NCBI RefSeq assembly: GCF_009914755.1
Contig: NC_060937.1
Strand: one strand, 5' to 3'
Source of the DNA: the human T2T-CHM13v2.0 reference genome, Homo sapiens
Length of the DNA stretch: 64,000 nucleotides
Both the position numbers and the translations under genes were made by a program. The notes beneath the pieces are model-generated. The model was not told the DNA's origin. It did no database searches and saw only the letters and a program-made list of their open reading frames with translations. This document shows, piece by piece, positions 27,315-38,975 of the stretch (within the stretch, counting starts at the first letter, position 1; each line of letters begins with the position of its first letter).

Positions 27315-27795
27315 CTGGTCCCTGAGCGAGCATTCCAGAGATGGGAGGTGGGTGGATGCTGGGATCTGTTTCAGAGCTGTCCAGAGTAGTGTGGGAATGA
27401 TTATCACTATAAAAAGAGATGCCCAAGAAGGGGATATAAGAATAATTCTGATAATCGCCAAGATAAGTATGGACAAGCAGACCTACTGCTGTGTTCACAA
27501 ATGCTTCTGCCTGTTTATGAGATGGCATTTCTCTGATGCTTATTTGTGCTCATGGGATGTTGCCAGCTTTCTGAGCGGGCTCCATGTGGGATAATAGCAG
27601 TTCTAAGCAGCAGTTCCCTGTGGATAGGCATAAGGTCATGGTGAGCTTTCTTGCAGCTCCCAAGCAGCTGTTCATAGAAGTTCGGAACAACAAGTTTTTG
27701 AGGCTTTTCAGGGTTTGCACTCTCAAAGTGAAAATCATCCAGTCTCGCTTGCACCCTTCAGATTCTCCCTCCACCCCTCTAACCAAAGGATCTAC
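27315..27795 (-). pseudogene. Candidate pseudo-exon between modules 1 and 2
   Basis: Acceptor ATCTTGTAG|G, donor CAG|GTATCC; one frame has one stop in 160 codons; GC and CpG visibly above the flanks. Confidence 0.45.
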
Positions 27796-28074
27796 CTACA
27801 AGATAATTCGAACCTATGATTTGCCCACTTAAATAAACCCAATGTTACCAAGGCATTGGTTCTTTTTTTGTCTTACATCAGAATCATCTTTTGGAAAATA
27901 AAAATCATGGATTCTATCAATTTTGCATCATAATTTCTGGAGATTAATGTATTTAACCTACTTTATTCAGATTTCCCTGGTGGAATTGATATGCTTAATA
28001 AGATTTCCCTTTAGTTCTTATAGAGCAGGATCTACACTGTTCAATACATGGAAATTTCAAACTAGGTGGGATTT

Positions 28075-28465
28075 TAAAAAGGCTTACATGATCTAGATCC
28101 TGGCTACTTCTCTGTATGTTGCCATTCAGTGCATCTAGCTTGACTTTCAAGCAATATCTGTCTATTTTGGCTTTATCAAACAGATACAGGATCCTGGGCT
28201 ACAGAGTGTAGTTAAAAGTTTGGCATTCCTGTTGAGAAATCAAGCTGCACTTGACCTCTGTGCACTGAGTGCACTAAAGATTCATTGCAAGTCTTTGCCT
28301 CTGCACCCTCCACATTGCATTGAATAATCTGTGTGTCTGTTTTCCCCCACTAGGTTTTCAATTTGTCAAAGATAAGGAGGTAGTTGCCCTCCGCTTTGTA
28401 TCTTCAGCATTTAACACAGTCCCTGGCATACATATTGTTTGTTTGATGCTTAAATAAAACAAACT
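28075..28465 (+). mobile_element. L2 3' end
   Basis: TGTCTGTTTTCCCCCACTAGG...TTTGTATCTTCAGCATTTAACACAGTCCCTGGCACATA. Confidence 0.7.
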
Positions 28466-28538
28466 GAAAGACCTTATAGTTAAGTGAAAGATAAATACAA
28501 TTAAAGTGTTACTGGTATGTATGCTCTGGAAATAGACA

Positions 28539-29086
28539 TGTGATGGTTAATATTGAGTGTCAACTTTATTGGACTGAAGGATGCAATGTATTGTTCCTGA
28601 GTGTGTCTGTGAGGGTGTTGCCAAAGGAGATAAACATTTGAGTCGGTGGACTGGGAGAGGCAGACACACCCTCAGTCTGGGTGGGCACCATCTAATCAGC
28701 TGCCAACACCGCTAGAATAAAGCAGGCAGAAGAAAGTGGAATGAGCAGACTTGCTGAGTCTTCCAGCCTTCATCTTTCTTCCGTGCTGGATGCTTCCTGC
28801 CCTCCAAAATCAGATTCCAAGTTCTTCAGCTTTTGGATGCTTAGACATACACCAGTGGTTTGCCAGGGGCTCTTGGGCCTTTGGCCACAGACTGAAGGCT
28901 ACACTGTCGTCTTTCCTGCTTTTGAGGTTTTCAGACTTAGACTGGCTTCTTTGCTCCTCAGCTTGCAGATGGCTTATTGTGGGACTTCACCGTGTGATCC
29001 TGTGAGTCAATACTCCTTAATAAACCGCCTTCATATATACATCTACACTATTAGTTCTGTCCCTCCGGAGAACCCTGACTAATACA
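28539..29086 (+). mobile_element. MLT2A (MLT2A2-length) HERV-L solo LTR
   Basis: TGTGATGGTTAATATTGAGTGTCAAC...GAACCCTGACTAATACA, 548 bp; 5-bp TSD AGACA/AGATA. Confidence 0.95.
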
Positions 29087-29499
29087 AGATATAAGACACT
29101 CTCAGCATTGGTAAGGAATTCCCAACTTAGGTTTGAATGTGGGGTTAAAGATAAGAGAAAACTTCACAAAAGATGTGAAAGAAAGAAAGCAATGTTTGAA
29201 AATTTTTAAACTCAATTTGGAAACGTTCATGTAAGAGTAGAGAAATGTGTCAATCAAGAATGAGTGTCTATTTAAGGGTCGGGAAATGATAAAAAATGAA
29301 GCATTGAAGAAGCACAAACTGCTGCTAATGATAGCTCAGAAATAGTCAGATTAAGCTCTGTGGCACTATGTTTAGGGTACATTTTAACATTTTTATTCCC
29401 TTCTTATTGTAGTCTCAACATGAGGATCTACCCTGTTTGCTTGGTCCTCTGCAGAACATTTACTCCTGAAATGTAGTACCTATTGGTAGAAAAAAATGA

Positions 29500-29740
29500 A
29501 GGGATTTGAAACTAACAAAAAGGTATTTGAACCCTGCTTCCTCCATTTATTAGCTTTTTTTTTTTTTTTTTGGCATGAATTGACTTCTAAGTTTTCTCTG
29601 AGACTCAGCTTGTATAAAACAAGAAGAATGATTCCTACTTTGCCACTGAGGTTTTGCAAAGATAACATGAGAAAACTTGTGAGAATATGATTAATAAACT
29701 GAAAAATGCCTTACAAATGTAAAGTCCTCTTATTTTTGTT
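29500..29740 (+). mobile_element. MIR fragments
   Basis: TTTGAACCCTGCTTC...TCTCTGAGACTCAG...TGTATAAAAC...TTACAAATGTAAAG. Confidence 0.6.
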
Positions 29741-29792
29741 ATATTCTCATTTTGTGCCTGTTTTATATTACATTCTTCTCAGATTTTTATAT

Positions 29793-29996
29793 ATCATCAG
29801 GGAAATGCGAGTCAAAATCACAATGAGATATCATTTTACCCTAGTTAGGATGACTACTATTTAAAAGTTGAAAAATAACAGATGCTGGCAAGGATGCAAA
29901 GACAATGGAACTCTTATATACTGTTAGTGGGAAAGTATATTAGAACATCCACTATAGAAAACAGTATGGACATTTGTCAAAAAAATAAAAATAAAA
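29793..29996 (+). mobile_element. L1 ORF2 3' segment, inverted relative to the adjacent L1
   Basis: ATCATCAGGGAAATGCGAGTCAAAATCACAATGAGATATCA...GAAAACAGTATGGA. Confidence 0.9.
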
Positions 29997-32900
29997 TTAG
30001 TAATGTTGAGTTTTTTTTCATATAACTGTGGGCCATTTGTATGTCTTCTTTTAAGAAGTGCCTATTCATGCCTTTTGCACACTTTTGAGTGGAATTATCT
30101 GTGTTTCCTGTTGAGTTGTTTGAGTTCTTTGTATATTGTGAATATTAGTCTTCTTTCAGAAAAATAGTTTGCAAATATTTTCTCCCATTCAACAAGTTTC
30201 ACCCTGTTGATTATTGCCTTTGCTGTGCTGTTTCTGTGAAAAACGACATTAGTATTTTGATAGGAATTGCATTGAATCTGTAGTTTGCTTTGTGCAGTAT
30301 GATTATTTCAGTGATGTTAATTATCTCCATCTATGAACATAGAATGGGTCTGGTTTTGGTACCAGGGTAATGCTGGCCTCATAAAATGAGTTAGGGAAAA
30401 TTCCCTCCTCTTTAATTTTTTAGAATAGTTTGAGGACAATTTATGTTCTTTGAAAATTTGGTAAAATTCAGCAGTGAAATCATCTAGTCCTGATGTTTCC
30501 TTTTTGGGAGACTTTTTATTACTGATTCAAATTCATCACTCATTATTGGTCTTTTCAGATTTTCTAATTTTTTTTGATTCAATCTTGGTAGGTTGTATGC
30601 ATCCAAGACTGTATCTATTTCCTCTATGTTTTTCAGTTTGTTAGTATGTAGTTGTTCATAATAGTCTCTAATGATCTTTTGTATTTCCATGGTATCAGTA
30701 TCATACACCTGGTCTTTTTTTGTTTGCTTCTGATTGTATTTAATTGGGTCTTCTCTCTTTTTTCTTGGTTAGTCTAGCTAGTGGTATATAAATTTTGTCT
30801 ATCATTTCAAAAAACCAACTTTTGGGTTTTCATTTCTGTAAATGGATGCCTAAATCTCTCGCTAGACATGGGAAATTTTCATCTATTATTTCATTAAATA
30901 GTTTGTCTATCCATTTTATTTCCTCTTCACCTTCTGGTTCACCCAAAATTCAAATATTTGGTCACTTTATGCTATCCCATATGTCACATAGGCTTGTTTC
31001 AATTGTTTAAATTCTTTTTTCTTTATTTTTGTCTTACTGAGTTACTTCAAAAGACCTATATTCAACTTTTGAATTTTTTTCTTCTGCTTGATCTAGTCTG
31101 TCGTTGAAGCTTCTGGATCTATTTCGTATTTTATTCAATAGATCCTTCAGTTACAGAATTTCTGTTTGTTTCCTGGTATCTGTCTCTTTGGTAAATTTCT
31201 CATCCCTATCTTCAATTGTTTTTCTAATTTCTTTGGATTATTTTTCTGAGTTCTCCTGTATTTCACTTAGTTCTTTATTATTATTATTTTGAGCTCTGTT
31301 TCCAATGTCTTAAACACTTATTTTTGGTAGGAATCTGTTGCTGGAGAGATATTGGTTTCCCTTGGAGGTGTCATGTTTCCTTGCTTTTCCCATGCCCTTC
31401 TCCTGTGCCCTTACATCTGCACATCTGGTTGATCAGTCACTTTTGAATTTCTTTTATTGAATTTATTTCATGAGGGAGGATTTTTTTTCCTCCAGATGTG
31501 TCTATGCTGTTGGGTGGGTAGGGCACTTAGGCTTTGATTCTGGGTACATACAGTAGTATAGTCTTTGTATGATTTCTTCAGCTGTAAACAATGTCACAGT
31601 GTCAGTAGGGTCTAGTTTCCCAGTGTCTTAGGGTGTGGTTGTTAGTGGAGGCCATGGTGAAGTTTTGTTGTGGATGAGGAATCCTAGGTAGGCCAGTTCT
31701 TGGGCCCCAGTGGTGGACTCAGTGGGCCTACTATGCATGTTCTTGGGTCCCAGAGTAGTGTACCCTGGCACCAATGTTAGCACTTCTGGGCAGGTCAATT
31801 ATTGGACCTCCAGGCAGCTTGCTCAGGTGCCAGCAGTGGCACTTGTGGGCTGTGTGGGTTGCCAGACACTTGGGTCCCTGAGCAGTGGACATGGCATGGA
31901 CAATGGCAATAGCAATGGTGGGATAATTCTCTCACTTTCAAGCAGTCTGCACTGACATTGGCAGTAACTGCCTTGGGCTGCGTAGGCCAGTCCCCAGGCC
32001 CACTGGTGGTATATGCAGGTGGGTGCCAGCTGTTGCGGTAGTGGTGGATGGGGTTGGCTCCTTCTTAGGCCCCAGGAGAAGTAATCATGTGTTGGATGGG
32101 GCATGACAGTCTCCAGGCCCCTGGAAGGCATGCTTAGGCATGAGTGGGGATGTGGGGACAGGGTAGAGTCAGGTGGAGCATGCTTGTCTTTAGGTCCCCC
32201 AGTGGTGCGTATGTTTGCTTGCTATGGTGGAGAGGAGTGGGGTAAACCCCAGGCCCCTGGTGGAAGGCTCAGGTAGGGGACGCAGCAGCTGGGCTTCTGT
32301 GCTATTGTGCTGCTGCCCTGTTGATGGGGAGTCTGGGGTTGCTTTCAGTGGCAGTAGCTGTAAACAAACAGTTGTGGAACATGTGCTTTGGCCCCAGGTG
32401 GCAGCTTCAATAGGGTAGCCTTTCCCAGGGCACTGTTAAATGTGTGTGGGTTCTGCTACTGAGGATAGCTACAGTGGGAATGTGGACTGCTGCCAATGGC
32501 TTACACTTCTGCTCTAAGAATGTGGAGATGCCAGGGCTGTTGTGCCCCAAAACTGAATAGAGTCTGGCTAGCCTGTGCTCTCAAAATAGCACTGTGCTGC
32601 AACTGCTTCGGACTCAGGGGTGTGTGGGTAAGCTCATGCTGAAGTAGATAATCACACTTCAGATAGATCAGCATGAGCTCCCTCTCTGAAGCAATGTTGT
32701 CTTGTGGTCCCCAGGCAGCTTTTAGAGCCCACAAGGGTGGAGGGGTGCAGGAGTCCACAGTGTGAATGTGGACTGCTGGGGGGCCACTTACTCACCCTTT
32801 CCTGGCACTGGGGAGCTTCTCCAGGCTCCCAGCCAATCCTAGCCAAGCAAGCTGCCTCACTTCCCTCTTTCCCGTATTTCCTGTCTCTGCTCTGTTGAAC

Positions 32901-33022
32901 TCCAGCATTGTCTCTTAGATGATCTATCTGAAGTGTGATTATCTACTTGCTATTTTGGTTCTTCTTTGTGGAGGGGTGAATACCAGATGTCTTGCTCTTG
33001 TCAGTCATCTTGAAGCCCCGCC
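29997..33022 (-). mobile_element. L1M (L1MA-age) element: 5' UTR, ORF1 part and ORF2 parts with internal deletions
   Basis: 5' end GGCGGGGCTTCAAGATGACTGAC; GC-rich UTR 31500-33020; ORF 30484..30708 is L1 ORF2p (IQKIIRDYYEQLHTNKL...YNLPRLNQ). Confidence 0.93.
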
Positions 33023-33164
33023 TTGAAAAAATGCTTTGAATTTATTCTTCTATGAACTTGAAATTTCAGGGGAAAACATATATATCAAGCTGGTGAGAGA
33101 GTAATAGTAAATTTCAACATAATAATCCTTTTTAACCATGAAAAAATACTTATCATTTTTAAAG

Positions 33165-33345
33165 TATTAATTTGTACTTTCTACACATTATTTTTAAGGC
33201 TTCATGTTTGCCAGGCACTATCTAAGCACAAAGGATAGAGAAATAGCATGAGAAAAATCCTTGCCACCAGCAGGAGGCATACAATATATTAGAAAAGACA
33301 TATAACAATACATAATTACAATAAATAAGATAAATGTGCCTGGTG
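33165..33345 (-). mobile_element. L2 3' end fragment
   Basis: TGTTTGCCAGGCACTATCTAAGCAC...GGATAGAG. Confidence 0.65.
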
Positions 33346-34560
33346 ATATAAAAAATAAAACCATAAAACTAAATAGATGCAGATACTAACATTTGAAACT
33401 TAGAATTAAGGAAAACCATACTTTTAAAGGCAAGATATAAAGGCTTAAGATCCTAACTATGTTTCAAAGTCAGCCATCTGGCTATCTCATGATATGTCAG
33501 TTGCTTTTTGAATGCTAGTTCCCAATCCATTCAGATTTAGGTTATTTAAACCTGCTTTATTTGTTCAAATCAGGCCCAGATGGCCTGATGTATTTTCTTT
33601 AAAGGAATAACACAGCACTTAATTCAAATGAATTTAATAGGCAAGAAGATGATGCCATTGACATGAATAAAGCCAATATTAAAATAAAACAAGAATTCTT
33701 ACTTTAAAAGAAACTTGAAATATTAATCTAATATAAATAATTATATTTTGTAAGAGATACAATGACAAAGTAGGAATGTCTTTGTTATGCTCTTTAAACA
33801 CTGAATAAGAAATTCATACAATTAAACTCCAATAATGATATGTTTATATGATATAAGATCTAACATACTCTTTCACTGATAAGAAGCTATCTTTAAGATC
33901 TCAGGTTGGTCTGCTTCAGAAACATGTGGCTCTGACAGATAGATAGACAGTCATGCCCTGCCAAGCAGGCTAAATCTTAGAGTGCAGGTATCCACAAGTG
34001 AGCCAAAGTCAAACTCAGAAAGACAATTTGGGCAGCTCAATAAAACACTGGAAAACGTGTTTGTAGAGGTTGTTAGGATTATTATCTCTTGCAATCCAAC
34101 ACGTTATTAGGGCAGTTTGCTAAATTTTGTAGGTTTTGCTTTCTATCATTTCAAGCATTATTTATCAGAAACAAATTCTACTTCTCAATGGTTACTCTAA
34201 GTACTGAAACAGAAATCTTGCTCTGCTTCACTCTTATAGTTAAGAGTGAAACAAAGAAAAGAAGTGACCTTCCTTTGTTTCACTCAACCACACTCATAAA
34301 TAATCTTTTTAAATCAACATTTGTGAAGCCCCCTAACAAATGTTTTTAATACTTATATTCAATTTTGTATGAAAAAAGTGTCTGACACATAGTAGGTAAC
34401 TAGTGGATAGATATTAGACAAATGAACAGGTATCCACAGAGCTACCTTAAATAATAAAATAGTATGAAAAAATGATGGCAAAAGCATAATTATAGTGTGA
34501 AGGGAAGACTGTTACATGATCAGTTGAGGCAGAAAAAATTAAAATTTGATTTATTCTCAC

Positions 34561-35194
34561 AAATAAGATTTTTTAAACCAGTTCTATCACACCACTGTGC
34601 TTCCTTTAGTAATGAAAAATGGAAAGGCTTTGCCTTGTCTCAGTACTGTGCAGAAATGACAACGAGCTCTTGCTACAGACCACAAACAAAAGGATTCAAA
34701 GATATATTACTAAGACAGTGCCAAGCCAACTGCTGTCTCTATCCACAAAAGGTATATGACTAAATATAAAATGGATTTTTGAAATAAGGGCCATATCTTG
34801 CCCAAATAATTACTGTATTAAAACCAGTGTCATTTTGGTAGAGAGCGGGCAGGTGAAATATTTAGCTGATGACAGTCTTATCACATTACAGTCCTTTTGC
34901 TGTTGCATATTTCTCCCTTTGTTCCTTGCCTTGATAAAGCTGAACAGCATAATGTTAACACAAGCCTCAAAAGTTCAATTTCCACCTCATATAATGTGTT
35001 TGACTAAAAAATGACATATTTGGCAATGTCCTGCTTCATCACTATTAATCATTATATTTTCTTTGAATTCGTCCTCAAAAGTCCCATCTACTGTCTGTAT
35101 CACACATTCGAGGACTTTATATCTTTTTCACTTCCTGGTCTTTACTTTTAATATTTCTTACTGTGACTTTTTAAAATGAGAATCTTGAAAGAAT
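34561..35194 (-). pseudogene. Pseudo-exon, post-vWA region of module 1
   Basis: YKVLECVIQTVDGTFEDEFKE...IFHLPALYQNDTGFNTVIIWARYGPYF...QQLAWHC...QELVVISAQY; donor TTT|GTGAGA; acceptor approximate. Confidence 0.55.
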
Positions 35195-35739
35195 CTACTT
35201 AGAATAAAGGCAATGCATAAAATATGAGCACACCTTCTAGCAACTTAGATCACCCATATTATTGTGGCACAACATAAAAATGTAAGACCAAGTGGCTGAA
35301 TTGGATTATAATCAGGATTACTTCTAGAAAATCACAAAGTTTATCATCATTACAAGTGGTAAAGTTAGAAAGGCAATTGAAACTTAGAAATGTATTTTTT
35401 AATGGTGCATAGGAAAAATGCACAATGCACTAGATATTGAATTTTCCCTGACTTGGGAAAAGTTACAATCGTTTCTAATTTTCTTTTATGTAATATATGA
35501 CCATCTGAGTTCAAGCAAATAGAAATTTCTAAATGTCAATTTATAAAGTATTTTATAAACAAAAGACACAGCCAGAAAGTCTGCTGAATTTCAGGAAATG
35601 TTCTCTAGACTCTAAAATTGATAAGGCAGTGTACTATTATAGCATTAATTACAGCCATCAGAATAGAAGAATATTTCTTTAAGACTTTCTGAATTAAAAG
35701 AAGTATGGTCAACACAAGCTTCTCTGCTTTTATGGTAAG

Positions 35740-35782
35740 CTGTTATGTGATCATGAAATCAAATTTCATGATCATATAACAG
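35740..35782. repeat. Near-perfect palindrome, 20-bp arms and 3-nt spacer
   Basis: CTGTTATGTGATCATGAAAT CAA ATTTCATGATCATATAACAG, 19/20 complementary. Confidence 0.95.
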
Positions 35783-35863
35783 AAGCATTTTTACAACCAT
35801 TTTTCTAATAGTGTTGCATTGTTTGCCTCAAAATACTTCTACCGTGTGGATCTTCCTTTTCCT

Positions 35864-36450
35864 TGTAGGAAAGGGAAGACCTGGGGTCCCTGCCAGAGCA
35901 TTGGTGCCAGTAATGGGGTAGGGGGGTCTCTAAAGGGCATGCAGCAAAAGACAACCAAAACCAACTCCTGTGTGACTAGGCAATTCTGGACTTTAGGTCC
36001 CATCTGAAGCAAAAGGCTTTCAGTTGAGGATGGATTTAAAGGCATAGGCAATTTAACTCACAGACAAGCTAAGAAAGATTCATGGAAACAACAGCGGGCA
36101 AGAACCAGAGTGCCTTTCTATGGTTACTACTGCGGCTATGTTCAGAAGCTATATGGGGGTCTATACAGTCACAGGCTCGCATAAAAATATTCTTCAATTA
36201 ATAAATACACTGGGAAGAATGGGTATTACAGTAACCATAATTTGTGGTTGCATGAGTGCTAGAGGCTTGTAAAGCTTAGAAGAACAGACACAGAGAAGGC
36301 TGAAATGAGTATCATCTTTGCTTTCCCAAAGCCAGCCAAGTGTCAGCTAGAGCTTTTCACAGCTATGACAAGCTTTCTCCAGCCCTTGCTGGTGAGACCT
36401 AAGACTAGTGCCGTGAAGTAAAATGATACTCTCCTGGTTTCCTTTGCACA
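35864..36450 (-). mobile_element. Probable ERVL-class solo LTR
   Basis: TG...CA termini, LTR-like end (CTGGCAGGGACCCCAGG...CCTACA); no TSD seen, subfamily unknown. Confidence 0.5.
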
Positions 36451-37191
36451 GGGCAACCAACAATTCTCCTTTCATTTCTTTGATTGGCCTCAATAATTCT
36501 GAAGATATTCAGAAGTTCAATCAAATATAGCTTGTAGAAGCAGCAGCCCACCACACTTATATATGCCTGCTCATATTCATTTAAATCTCTTCCACATTCT
36601 CTGAATCAAAAGCTACCTGGTCCAGTAGCCATGTTACCAAAGTCTTTAATCTCAATATTAACATGCACTGCTTTCCATTTTCTGTCTGACAAGTGATTCT
36701 CAGGTGATCAGCATGCCCTCAAATCTATTGTGAAGATTTACACCATTGGGCCACAATCACTGAAATATATGACTCCTGGTCCTGAGAGAGCAAATGGTCT
36801 CAGAGGCCCCAGCTTTCAGGTACTCAATATGTCACTGCCTCTGCACCACTGAGCAGTGTTTTCTAACCAAGATCGAAACATTTCCATTATACTTAGGGCT
36901 CATTTTTGGTACATAATCCTTTCTGACATAGACAAACAGCTATCTGTGCTGCCTACCCCTGTGTGTGAACTGTACTTTGAGTGGTAGATAGGCTAAGCCT
37001 CTATCTAATGCTTTTGTTCATTCTGGATCATCTTTCAAACTCAACCTGCCCGCCCGGTCCACTAGTAAAACTCAAATCAGCAAGGACTTCAGTATCTATA
37101 GTTCGCTTTTTCACAGCACGTCTCCAAATCAGTTGTCTCCAATTCCAGTGGCTGAAATCTATCTGTCATGCAAATCCTATCTGCACAAGGA
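36451..37191 (-). pseudogene. Pseudo-exon, vWA domain 1
   Basis: Acceptor TTTTACAG|T; FEF/LLVDRAGRL (decayed DRSGSM MIDAS) ...TKALDRGLAYLPLKVQFTH/TGVGSTDSCL...IEYLKAGASETI...GMLIT...NIEIKDFG. Confidence 0.7.
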
Positions 37192-37344
37192 CTGTAAAAG
37201 TTTGAGTTGAATGTCTTAGTGCCAGATATAAATCTCTGCTCAAATAATATAATTAAATCACAACTCAATACATTTACAAACTAAATAAATTTTTATGAAA
37301 TTATATTTCCCTTTCTGTGTGTGATGAGCTCTGGTATATTTTTG

Positions 37345-37435
37345 TCTTCCATTATACTCTACACTTGTCTACATTATTTCATTTTTTAAATGCTGAGCAA
37401 AACCCACTAAATCAATTTCACAATCGATTAAAAAC
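37345..37435. mobile_element. Possible hAT-Charlie fragment
   Basis: TTTTTAAATGCTG...AACCCACTAAATCAATTTCA motif. Confidence 0.4.
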
Positions 37436-38713
37436 ATTCTTCGACATGGAGAATAAATGGCATTTAAAAATGAATGATCTTGATGTTAATAATATTTTTA
37501 TGTTTAAATTTATAACATTGTCAAGGCTACATTGTGGTAGTTTTGGTTCTGAAGAATTTCAGGTTTTGTTTGTACACATAGAATTTCAGTGTCTGGCAGC
37601 AGATGTTGCAAGAATGTATGTGTTTTTTCTAAACGGTACCCAAGGATTTTGTAGAGAGAGGAATATTTCAAAAACTAAAAAGAAAGAATGAGAGAATGTT
37701 TTTCTGTATTGAAATGTACAACACATGCCTGAATAATATTAGACAGACTATTTCAAATAATAATTGTCTTAGAAAATCCAGGAGTACTGCTTACCAAAAT
37801 GATATAAAATGTTTTCATATTTAAAATGAATTTCATATTTATATTTTAAATCACTGTTTGATTTCTAGTACATTAACATTCTGGACACTGCAAATGTGCT
37901 TATACAAAGTCATGTAAATGTATGGGTCAAGGAGTTCATTTGGTATTTCTCTGGGCATTAGCACAAAGATACTTGCTCCTTTCAATATAGTCTGTAATTC
38001 CTTTAAGTATTACATTTTCAGCTCTCAATTAGGTTTTCAAATCTTAGTAATTTGATGAATTTTCTTACCATCATGTCTTACTTTTAATAATTTAGTCCCT
38101 GACTCCACTTCTTGATTTTATGGGATGTTGTCATGGCCTACCCACTGATTTTTAATATGCTTTTCATATTTATGTGTATATGAATCTTTAGAACATTTAG
38201 CATTTTAACTATCGATATTACATGAATTGGAAGTATTTCTAATTCTTTACTGCAGAAATAAGTATTCATGAGATTAGATGAAAGGTATGAATTATAATTC
38301 TACTTTATTTATTAATAAAATAGCCTCAAAGATTCTTCATATCCTTTTCTGAAAAGAAAAGTGTTCAAAAGCTTCATGTCCTTGGTGATCATTTATTTTT
38401 GTTTCAAAATAAATGTAGATGTAAAGTTATATCATTAAATTTAATTCCCCCAATGGAAAGAACTTAGGGGGGGAAAATCCTGTTTTAAGAACTTTTACCA
38501 CCCTTTACTTTCCACATATCTCTTTTCCTAAAAAAAGAAAATCAACTTAAAAGGACTAGTGATAGAAGTTTGCTTTTGTAAAACTTACAGAAGATATAAT
38601 ACATACAAAATGAATATTAAACATTTGAATATGTTTAGGAAAACCTTGAAATGAGCTCTTCTCGAGGGTTATAATGGATCTATATATAAATTATTTCACT
38701 ATCTTAGATTTCT

Positions 38714-38975
38714 TTTTTTTTTCTTGAGACAGAGTCTCCCTCTGTCGCCCAGGCTGGATTGCAGTGGCCAAGATCTCGGCTACTGCAAGTTCCGCCTCCT
38801 GGGTTCACGTCATTCTCCTGCCTCAGCCTCCTGAGTATCTGTGACTACATGCGGCCACCAAGAGACGGGGTTTCACCGTGTTAGCTAGGATGGTCTCGAT
38901 CTCCTGACCTCGTGATCCACCCGCCTCGGCCTCCCAAAGTGCTGGGATTACAGGCATGAGCCACCGCGCCCGGCC
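38714..38975 (-). mobile_element. AluY with deleted central A-rich linker
   Basis: Y diagnostics (CTGCAAG, GGTTCACG, CCGTGTTAGC, GGATGGTCTCGATC); 18-bp TSD with 2 mismatches at 38696-38713 and 38976-38993. Confidence 0.95.

Noticed and set aside
27620-27700. KLVVPNFYEQLL...AHHD as a Gypsy integrase zinc-binding segment
   Set aside because: No following GHxG or CxxC and no other retroelement domains nearby
28560-28700. MLT2A LTR as a DUX4-driven embryonic promoter
   Set aside because: Both candidate DUX4 sites deviate from TAAYYYAATCA (TTATTGGACTG; CCATCTAATCA)
30484-32898. ORF cluster as host genes
   Set aside because: All within L1 ORF2 remnants or the GC-rich L1 5' UTR
33267-33279. CTCF-like CCAGCAGGAGGCA
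   Set aside because: Single imperfect motif inside an L2 fragment; no other support
37161-37175. SOX-OCT-like element ATCTGTCATGCAAAT
   Set aside because: SOX half-site is mismatched, and a lone octamer is expected by chance in 64 kb of AT-rich DNA
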